Source: Selaginella moellendorffii
Lineage: Eukaryota; Plantae; Lycopodiophyta
DNA length: 64,000 nucleotides
Direction: 5' to 3'
NCBI RefSeq assembly: GCF_000143415.4
Contig: NW_003314302.1
Location: 868,214 to 932,213 of the forward strand
Position 1 is the first letter of the stretch; each line of letters opens with the position of its first letter. A model generated the notes under the pieces. That model saw only the letters and a program-made list of their open reading frames with translations. It made no database searches and had not been told where the DNA came from. This document shows positions 35,431 to 45,553 of this stretch, in pieces. A program made the translations under genes and the position numbers.

Positions 35431-36370
35431 GTCGTGAATGTGACTTTGAGTATTGAAAGTTACTTGTCATCTAATCTTTTCGGATATTCTTTACTTACTA
35501 CCACAACAGTAGGAGGTCGGTATTATTGGACTCATTATCAATTCCCACTTGAGCTAGTTGAGAAATTGGTCAATGAACATACACTTAAATTGGATAAACA
35601 TAAGGTAGGAACCCTATGTGTTTTTTGTTGAGCATACTTGGCTTGGTTTGAGAAACTTGTGTTATTGGCTTGCACTTGCTAGTATCAAAAACCCCCGCGA
35701 GATTAAGATTGGTCCCTTAATATTCGTTAGATGATAGCTTATTGTATTTGCCAAACACCCTCGCTATCATGCACCTTGCGTTAGTACCATTTGGTCCCAA
35801 ATGCTAATTATAGAAAGTGTCTAGATTTGCTCATTTGGCACATCTAATCTGTAGTTGTGTGGGATTCCAAATGTAAAGTAGAGATAATGGGTAGGTCAAG
35901 CATGGCCGACCAACCTAAGGCATAGTTTAACTTCCACTTGCGTGCCTATCCTTGTTTTGCATCCGGCTTGGGTCTAAGCCCAAGTTCAATTCCATGCTAC
36001 CTAGTGGAGTATCCATGTCCTTGCATTAGGCCACCGGTATGCTAAAATAGTGCTAGATTCTGTTTGGCTCCGTTTTGCATGCTAATCCTGGCAATGGGAT
36101 GCTGGTTGCTCTAGGACTGTTCCAAGTTGCTCTAGGCTCCTGTCCCTTCGCTCCTTGGGCTATATGCTCGGGAGTTGCTCTATGATCCAGTTCCATCACT
36201 CCTTGGCTCCATGCTTGGGAGTTTGGCACCGTTCCTTCGTTTAGTGGCCCAAGGCCTTAGACCTCAGATTCCACACCATTGTCCTATGGACATATGGCAT
36301 ATGACATGTGGTATATAGAGGGTTTAGGTTTCGCTTCGTGGTGTTATCCTATAGTAAATCACCATAGGAT
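35430..36370 (+). repeat. Second copy of the TGTCGTGAATG LTR-like repeat
   Basis: Colinear with 9090-9500 and 10330-10520. Confidence 0.65.
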
Positions 36371-37118
36371 AAAAGGTAAAAATTATGTGTGCTACAGAGT
36401 TTCATGTGAAGTGGAAAAAATTTCTATATTGCGAAGCAATATAGGAACTGGAAGAGAACTTAGCGAACGCACGAGATTTAGTGGAGGAATTTTTGCAAGG
36501 TAAAACTCTATGTACTTATGCAAAATTCAATTAAAGAATCTATTTGAGAAATTGAGCAATGTTGTATGTTGGACCTAAAGGCGTGCTGAAGGTAAGCTAA
36601 TTAGCATGGGTTAGCTAGGTCGACCATGCATAAAGAATTACACCCAACTCCCTACAAGGATGTTAAATCCGTAGATAAGCTCTATTTCATTAAAGTGGGA
36701 ATTGTCATTATCCCACTTGTAAAATAAGGTTTCCAAACCTTTATATAGTATATAAATATAACAAAATTCAACTGCATTGAGGCACATGCCATTTTATTTT
36801 AAACAAGTAAATGTCTACTCAATCACTTCTCCTCCCCCTGCCACTACTTCACCTCTCTCTTCTCCTTGTCATCGTCGTCCAATTTCTTTCCATCCTTTTA
36901 ATATTGGCTCAGTTGCTCCGAGTCTAGGTGGAGCCCAAGTCCCCATTCAATCTTTACTTTCCCCTTATTAATAAAACAACTTCGTAGACTTCCAATAACA
37001 TGCTGTAACACTTCTAGTATAATGCAAATCCTCTCAAAGAATTGTCTTTTAATATTAATACAATGGCATGGAACCCCATGCCATAATAAGTTACATTTTT
37101 AAATAAATACATGCCATC

Positions 37119-38640
37119 TCAAACTGTTATTTTTTGCCTGCAACGCCTATACAATAATCTTGGAATTTCATCACTCTCCACACTATCAGGATTTAAACCC
37201 AATAGTAATGCCATCTCTTCTCTAATACGCCCACGCTCATGTTCAGTGGTCGAAGAACCCATCCGGTTGAGCAGATTATGGAGATGTGGATAGTGCTTGG
37301 CTAGACAATATACATGCCATAAATGATGACTGGTGTCTGTCCGATCAAATGGCTTCTGATATACCGTTCCATCTGCCATTTGGTTGATTTCTGCAGCCAC
37401 CTCCTGGACTGGCCGGTTCTCTATCACCATCGCTCCAAGCCGTTTTGCAAGGTCCCCTAGAACATACGGTTTCTTCTCCCTAGTTTCCATACTGCAAGAG
37501 ATGGGATGCACTGCATATGTGTGCGTGTTTGCTGCAGTTTTAATAGGCGAGTCATCGATGATGAGGATTTCACTTGACCTAACAGTCCGGTTCATCACTA
37601 CAGCCTCTGGCTTGACGAAGATGGGCTTGCTACCCCTCACATGGACCATAGTCAAGCAATCCTCCTGCGTTAGGAGAAAGTCAAATGGTAATATTACTCG
37701 CGTCTGATCGTGCATCATCTGTAGCAACGTTAATGCATTGTGGCGCATCATGGATGTCCAAACTCCCAATTGCAAATTGAACCCGGCCCTCTGTTTTAAG
37801 TGTCGCATGGTCATTATTAGATCCCGCAGTTTCTCCCGTGTGATTAATGTGAATCTGTCTCTTTTGACCAACTTGCGACCGCAGGCTTTGGAGGGTGTAG
37901 TGACATTCGAGGACGAGCCACGCTCATGGGAGAAAAGGACACCGTTTAGATAAAAAATGATACAGTACCTTCGTCGTGACTCTGAAATGAAATGCGTCAG
38001 CATAAAAAATGGTACAAGTCAATTTTACCATCTACAATATTAGCGAATGGTGCTCCCGATGGTCGTTGAGAGGGTTTTGGTCGAGGAACCGTGAAGGGCG
38101 GAAATACTCTCCTCTGCAATGTGGGGTCAATCGCATCCGATGGCGTGTGGGCACATGCCATTTCAGCTGTAGACTCTGGTACAACTGGCTCAACAGTGGC
38201 ATGGGGTGGTTCCGATGGCGTGTGATCACACGCCATTTCAGCTGGTGCCTTCGTTGGCAAAGTGGACATGACCGAACAGGCAGTAGGGGCGGTGTAGGGA
38301 GGTTCCAACGGCGAGTAGTCAGACGATTTGGCACACGTTGAGTCCGTTGGAAATGAGGATATGACCGGCTCGGCGGCTGGGGCGGCCTCATGCGGGTCCA
38401 ATGGCGCTTGGTCACCGTTAGTTGGATACGTGGACAAGATTGACTCAGTGGTATGGGCAGCATCAAGTGGAGCGTGGTCAGCTTGCTTGGCGTTGATATG
38501 GATAGTAGCCTCCACCAGCTCTGATGACTCTTGCAGGCAAGTAGAGTCCACTGGCGGATCCATATGCATGTCCAAATATCTCCCTTCGATTGAGATGGTA
38601 TCCTCCCTACTGGCTACTAAAAACAAACTCATTAGCACAT
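37119..38640 (-). pseudogene. Transposon cargo: Pro/Thr-rich repeats followed by an FCP1/NIF-type HAD phosphatase-like domain; frameshift near 38000
   Basis: IIFYLNGVL (degenerate motif I), GVWTSMMRHN, FDFLLTQEDC, KPIFVK and LIIDDSPIK..N. The repeat AEMAC.HTPS lies in 37997-38638. Confidence 0.6.
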
Positions 38641-38819
38641 TGAATCGACTATACTGTATTTACCATCAATTGCTATTGAGGAACTAGGACCGATATCACT
38701 TGGGCGCACTACTGATTCTGAAGGATTGGACATACGTTTCGACCCTTGCTTGGCACTATCCTTCCTCGACACTAAAAGCTAGAGTTTGTATTTTAATTCA
38801 ACTGAATAATCTCTACTTA

Positions 38820-41800
38820 CCATTTGCTCTGCGACCTACATGGACAATGTTAGAAATGGTAAAAGGTTAGGAATGGATGTACTATTATTTACCTGATGGT
38901 TTGTCTTGTATGACCTTCCTCCGCTGCTCTTTGGCCACCTCAGGCTGGCCATCGTTGTCATCATCGTCGTCGTCGTTATTGTGATCGTCACCATTGTGAG
39001 GACCATCCAAGTCCTCTTCGTCCTCCTCTTCTTCGTCCTCCTCTTCTTTGTCCTCCTCTTCGTCCTTCTGCTCTTCCTGCTCATTATCTTTCTCTGGCTC
39101 CTCATCCCCCTCCTGCATTTCTTCCATAGGCTGCTCAGGCTGGATGGCTTGTTCTTCCAGGACCATCTTGGGAAAATCATCTGGTCGAGTCTCCATCTCA
39201 AAATACAAGACATCCATAGCCTGTTTTAGTGCGTGACCTAGGACCGTATCCTCACCCGACTGTCTTAACATGGTTTCTGCACGTTCTTGCACCCTTCGAA
39301 GACGACGAGATGAGAAAAACGTGGCCCTGACTTGAAAAGCATCCCTCATCCATTATACCTCTCCATTGAGATTGGGGAAGGGGAGTCCGCCATAGGAATC
39401 TAAGTCAGGAGGTGGTGACTGGCTGCTTTCACTCAGCCCTTGATCTGCAATGAATGGCATGAGCACACACGCCATAACCACGAGGCATTACCTATCATCT
39501 TTTTGTTGCCCTTCTTCCTTTTTGAATCAAACGCCTCTGATCCCGACGACTGTCCAACGTGCTTTCGCTTTTTATGACCACTGTCAGTTTGAGCTTGGCT
39601 GGTGCTTGCCTGTTTTGCCTTTGAAGAAGTGTCTCCTGCAAGGAATGGCATGAGACCACACGCCATTGCAAATATAATTTGTACCTCCTTTTTTCTTACT
39701 ACTTATCTGTTTGTCCTTCTTCGACACGCCACCAGTGCGCTTTTCAGTCCTCGTGTCTGAATATTCACAACGATCTATAATCAAAATGGCGAGAAGCCTC
39801 ACGTGACCTTACCTTGTGCAGGTTGTGAGCTCGGCCCAACATGGGTATCTTCAACAGTAGCTGTTAACGCCGTTTCAGCATCTGGGGGTGGCCACGCTCC
39901 TGCATACAGAGCTTGTGAGATAACATTTAAACTTAAAGTGCGTACTCACCAGGTTCACAGAGAAGATACTATTTTTCTTTGGCAACTGTAATTATATGCT
40001 CCATTGAAGTCACCTCTTTAATGGAGTTTGTCACCGCAACACACGGGACACCCTTGAGTAGTGCGGCTCGAAAGAATAGTCCGCCGCAGTTGTACTCGAC
40101 AACGCATTTGCCCTTGGAGTCAGATGCTGGTGACCCACCCGCTATTGCGTTGAAGACCCAACTGAGCATTTCCCATGCTGCACCTGGAGCTTTCTTTGGA
40201 TTCGAAAGCTCCATAGCCGTCTTCAGTTCCTCAGGCACGGGTAAATTGACCTCCCTCAGATCAATTCGATTGGCCTTGTCGAACAAAGCTGGGAAGTCAC
40301 TCCAGTCCCACTCTGTTGCAGGACCAATAACAAGGGCGAGTGTGAAGATGCGGACATTCGTCGGTATCTTCTTCTTAGCCATTATCCCATGGATCTCCCG
40401 CATCTCCTTGCCTTTCAACCGAGCCTTCACCTCGTTCAAGGCCTTTTAGAACTTGTGATAGGATTCGGAGTCGTAGATCATATAGTGGACTGAAGATTCC
40501 ACCTCCGCAAGTCCCACCATTAAGTCAATGATGGAGCTGACTTCGTCTGCATGAGTGATCTCCTCGTTTGTGAAGTCCATCACACAAAAGATGTTCTTGA
40601 CCTGCTCATCTCCGTGGGAAATGATGCTCCTCCACCTTTGATCCTCATCCAAATTCACGTATACCCGGTAAGGTTCTCGATAGGCCTCTGCTGCGGGGTC
40701 GAGCTGTTTCTAAAGCCGGCGGTCGACATCCCTCTTAATGAAATTTGGATACTAATTCAACTTCTCAGCTTTACTTTTCGTGGCATCCTGCAGCAGATCG
40801 ATGAACTTGGGGGCCCCCTTCACGTACTCGTCGATGTCTTCATTTGACAAATCCAGTGCTTCCATCATCTCTTGCGTGGTGTCGATGCTCACCCTCTCCA
40901 CGGCCACTTGCTTGAAGATCCAATCCTTCAATAGCGCACGAGCTCTCAGAGTCGTGCACAAGTCGTATGTCACAATATGGCCGGGAGTCATTTTGGTCTT
41001 GTTGAAGACTACCTCACCACGTAGAAGAGCATTAGCCACTGTCAGAAGGTCGTCGTCGTCTAGAGACCGCGAGAAACGCAAGGCGTTGAGCTTCAAATCA
41101 TTGGGCTTCCGGCCGTCCTCCACACCCATTGAGTTTGGCAACTCCCCGTCATGGTACCTCCTCAGCACATCTACCCATTTGTCAAAAACAACTTTTGTCG
41201 CGAGTAGAATGTTATGGATGCTGAGTGTGTCATTGACCCCCAGTGTTTTCGAGAGAAGACTGGAGAATTCCTGCAATGGAAATGGCGTGAGGCCACATGC
41301 TATGCCACATGCAACGAGGCTTACCTGCCAGCCGCTAGTTGCTAGTGCACGTCCTTGTCCTGGTTTTTGTGGCTTCTTCAGTTGAACCCAGAGCTTCCGT
41401 GTTCGTGCCAATGTCTCGTGCAGACCCGATTTGTAGCACGTTTCTTGCTTGACATTCTGCGCGTGGGAAATGTATATGATAGATCGGAGTGGCGAGTTGC
41501 CTTTTATCAGGCGGACAACTCTTGTCTTGAAGACTTTCTTCACCTCCTCGCCCACCATAATATCCACAACTATCTCTTGCATCGCCAAGCTAAAATGCTG
41601 CCCGGAGACGGCATAGAACCGGATGTTCTGATTGTCCAACACCTTCTTATTGATCAAGTCTAGAAACCTCGTCTCGCCCCTCATTGTTAGGTAGTAGGGG
41701 ATCACGTCTGCGATGTCGGGTGTTACTGGACTTGCCAGCATCTTCTGCTTCAGTTTCTCCACCCACTCATCAGATACTAGCCTGTGGTTGTATTTGCTTT

Positions 41801-42860
41801 GGATGTCGATACGGCTCATGTCGATTGTATATACTTTGTTGGAATAGTAACAAGTACTATTATCTGTGACGATTTTTGCTGCCTCTTCTTGCTCTTTCTG
41901 CTATTTGCGGCTCTTCTTTTTGGTGGGTGTAGTGTTCGAACCCGAGGCAATGGCATCACCGAGTAGCTTCTTTTTTGGAGGAGAGTCGGACGTCGGCTTG
42001 AGCTTGACCACCCTTTTCTGCTTCGGGGTAGTTTCCAGATCGACCCCCTTCCCCTTCGCTTCGCGAACTGGAGGCACTCTCAACGGCTCAATGTTGGAAT
42101 ATAGTTTTTGAACATCGCCGTAGGTGAGGTCCGTGGATTCCATGTGATCTTCATAGACCCGCAGCGTCTTTGAAATTGTGGGCTTCCTGGACAACCTCTC
42201 CCTAGCTCCCTCTAGGAATTCCTCATAGCCGCTGCCCCCCTCCGGGAAGCCGCTAGGATGTGCAAGGTGGATCTTGAAGGCAGATGCTGTCTCTACCACA
42301 AGTGCCAGTCCATATTCTTGCATGGAACTGCATGGAGTGTCTGTCACTTGGATGAGGATCCCCATGCATTCTTTTCTCCCACCATCTGTGTTGTACAGCC
42401 TCAGATCCTCGCCTTCCATCCCGAAAGTCCAACTGGTGAGCTCCTCCCCCTTCTCTGCATCCACATTGACAGTGGCTGGAAGAAGAATGCAATTCCTCGC
42501 CTGTTCAGAAATGCACAACAATTAGAGCTGATAGATGAAAAGCTAGCAGTTGGAAATAACGTGAGGCCACACGCCATTCACCACTACATCAGATGTCTTG
42601 AGGCTGCATCCTAAGATGGCGTGAGGCTACACGCCATCTGTAACCGGACTACACTCGAGAGCCCAATCGGTGCATGCCAATGTTGCTATTGAATGGCATG
42701 TGGCCTCATGCCATTTTCTACTTGGCCTAAAAGACTTACCATTTGAAGCCGAATGGAGGCGTGACAATCAAGGCCGGACTCGCTGGCGAATGTGCACTGT
42801 GTGTGCAGTGGATCTTAGCAGCAAGGCTACTCTGCCACTTACAGTTAGAGAGTGGCACTG
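38820..42860 (-). pseudogene. Transposon cargo: spliced gene with ParB-like and methyltransferase-fold-like segments and an acidic tract; probably continuous with the FCP1-like part
   Basis: ORFs 40752-41819, 40446-40658 and 39969-40439 share one frame, separated by single stops. GT-AG introns at 39445-39491, 39636-39684, 39775-39812, 41271-41324 and 42611-42739. The 5' end is approximate. Confidence 0.6.
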
Positions 42861-43967
42861 AAATCATCCGGGACGCCAAGTGGGCTGCGTGTGGGTGGTG
42901 GAGTGGGCGGCGGAGTTGGCGGCGAAGTTACAAACTGGGTGTGTCTTGAAGTGGACGCTGATGCACATGAGCGCGATGCGAGCGCGAGTGTGATGCAAGC
43001 GCGAGTGGACGCCGATGCACACGAGAAACCTGTAGAGAAGATAGATGAGCGTGAATGTGAGCGTGATCGCGAGTGGGAGCGCGATGCGAGCGCAAGTACG
43101 AAGCAAAATGCAAAACCTAACCTCACACGCGCGAAATATCACGACGGTTGGTAATCCCGCCACGTCATCATTCCTCGGACTTGGGCGCCACCATTAATTT
43201 CTGGATCGCCGCGGGCATGCATGCACGTGAAATCCAAAAGAAATCCACAACGTCATCATTCCTCGGACTGCATGCACGCGAAATCCAAAAGAAAGATCAT
43301 GATTGGGATATCATTTAATACCCTCGCTATATTTCTACCATGCATGATTGGATATTCCAAAGCATCTTGTATTTCCAAAAATGCCAGATGTTCAGCTAAA
43401 TAAAGAATGGTATACAAATCCCAAGAAATGCACCAAAAAATGCTCGGCGTCATCTGGCGTTATCTCTTGAATGCCGTGGGGCCGCATGCCATTTTCAGGG
43501 GCACATAGGAGTATATTCCTAGAATATTCTAACACGCGTGAGATTTTTTTGAGTTTTCTGGAGATCCAACCGTTAGATCGCAACTAGATTTTACAGAATG
43601 GTATACAATGTCTTTCTTGATGACCCTGCAAAGAAGCATCTCGATCGGACACCACATGAGACCACACGAGCCTAACAATGTTTCAGGTGCATTTGCCATA
43701 AATCCGACCGTTATTTTGCTCCAAGATTTTACAGTTTGGTGTGCATTGACCTTTCCATCGACACTGCAAAGGGACATCACAATCAGATGCGGGATCACAA
43801 GAAACTAACTTCACTAACTCTGGTTTCACCCAGATCTACGTAAGGAGTTATGAAATGAAAGGACCCTTTCTATTGAAATGTGTTTATGGTCCTAAGGGCA
43901 TTGTGACATATCAAAGGATTTTGCATCAAGTTCTATATTTGCATGTTTATCAAGCTACTGAATTGCT

Positions 43968-43992
43968 AAACCCTAAACCCTAAACCCTAAAC
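43968..43992 (+). repeat. Short telo-box-like (AAACCCT)n tract in the divergent promoter of the transposon
   Basis: AAACCCTAAACCCTAAACCCTAAAC. Confidence 0.8.
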
Positions 43993-44430
43993 ATGTGGCA
44001 AATGCTGCGTGAAGAAAGATGCCCTTTCTGGGCAAATGCTGTAAGAGGCAGATGCCGAGCAGATGTATCTCAGGCTAGTGAAGGGGACAAACGAAAGCTA
44101 GCTATAAACATGACGGGATGCAAATAGATTACTAGGCTGGTCCTGCGAAAATCAAAAACCATAATTGAAAACATTGAAAATGCAAAAAGAAAGGTTTATA
44201 ATATTTTTGAATTTTAAGAAACCAAAGGAATGTAAGTAGGGCATGTGTTTGTAAGTTTAAAAATGCCTCAACCACTTAAACTCCCAAGTAAATAAAGCTG
44301 TTTCTATTTTTGGTATAGGTAAACTTTATAGCGTGTGGGCTTATGCAATTTTGAACCCAAAAATGCACCAAAAAATGCTCGACTAGCATTATTCTTTGAA
44401 TGGCGTGTGGCCTTATATTGTCATAAATGG

Positions 44431-44625
44431 ACGTACACACACAGCATAATTATTCCTTTACACGGCGAATAATCTTGGCGCGGATCGCTGACATGGCATG
44501 GCAAAGTTTGAATCACTGACATGGCACAGCCGTACACACACAGCATAATTATTCCTTTACACGGCGAATAATCTTGGCGCGAATCGCTGACATGGCATGG
44601 CGCGAATCACTGACATGGCACAGCT
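44431..44625 (+). repeat. Two-copy ~100-bp tandem repeat
   Basis: CGTACACACACAGCATAATTATTCCTTTACACGGCGAATAATCTTGGCGCG...GAATCACTGACATGGCACAGC occurs twice. Confidence 0.9.
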
Positions 44626-45176
44626 GGATCGAGGCAAGGACATGATGTGACAAAGTTCAACGTCCGACAGCAAAGTCTAGAAGCTACTCAATTTGAAATT
44701 TGTCAGAGGAATCATAAGATCTGGTTTGTCAGAGGATTTGATGTGACGTTCAAGCGTGTGTTATTTTTGAATTCTCGAACTCATTCCTAGGTCTATCATT
44801 TTTGTGCGCCGTGTTCTTGGTTCTGCTGAGCGTAGTGAGCGCTGCTTGTGTAAGCGGCGTTGTGAGCTGTGGTTTATGCGTCTACGAGCAGTTGCGGCAT
44901 TGCGAGCGCCATTGCGAGCGGCAGTTTATGCGAGTGGCAGTTTGTGCGAGCGGCGCTACGAGTAGTTGCGGTGTTGCGAGCGGCACTGTCTTTGGTGTGG
45001 CTACCACTTCCTCTTGATATTCGGCACTTGTGCTTCCTGGTATGTTCACCATGGAATGGTTTAGGACCACATTTAGAAATGGCATGAGGCCACATGCTAT
45101 CTTGGGCCCTTGCAATTTCATGGCTAGCGTATTGTCATGTATGTTTTTACTTGCCTGCAGCTGTGTGTATATCAAG

Positions 45177-45365
45177 ATGGCATGAGGCCTCATGCCATCT
45201 TTGGCCCCTGCTAGCCTATTGCCATATTCCTTTTGCCTTGCTGCAACTGTTATTTTTGTATGGGTGACTAGTCATGCACACAAAAATATATACAGTTGTA
45301 GCAAAGCAAAAGGAATATAGCAACAGGCTAGCAGGGGCCAAAGATAGTGTGAGGCCTCATGCCAT
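45177..45365. repeat. Long hairpin (~70-bp arms) capped by the 22-bp palindrome
   Basis: ATGGCATGAGGCCTCATGCCATCTTTGGCCCCTGCTAGCCTATTG...ACTGT pairs with ACAGTTG...GGCTAGCAGGGGCCAAAGATAGTGTGAGGCCTCATGCCAT. Confidence 0.85.
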
Positions 45366-45553
45366 TAGTGGTACCACTAATGGCATGAGGGCTCATGCCA
45401 ATTTTGTGAATGCGAAATTTCACGTGGGTGTCAATAGCATGTTTGAATAATGGCATGTGGCCTCATGCTATTGAGGTTGTTTGGTATGTTATGATTTAGG
45501 CCATTCTCCAATCATTTTTTGTATGGTCTTAACTTCTTTTTTGCACTTTCAGA

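Noticed and set aside
42845-43163. ORFs on both strands over GAGCGCGAT-like repeats
   Set aside because: Simple-sequence region in a probable 5' UTR or promoter; the open frames are a by-product.
43968-43992. Telomere or chromosome-fusion scar
   Set aside because: Only about 3.5 units, in a promoter-like region; consistent with telo-boxes.
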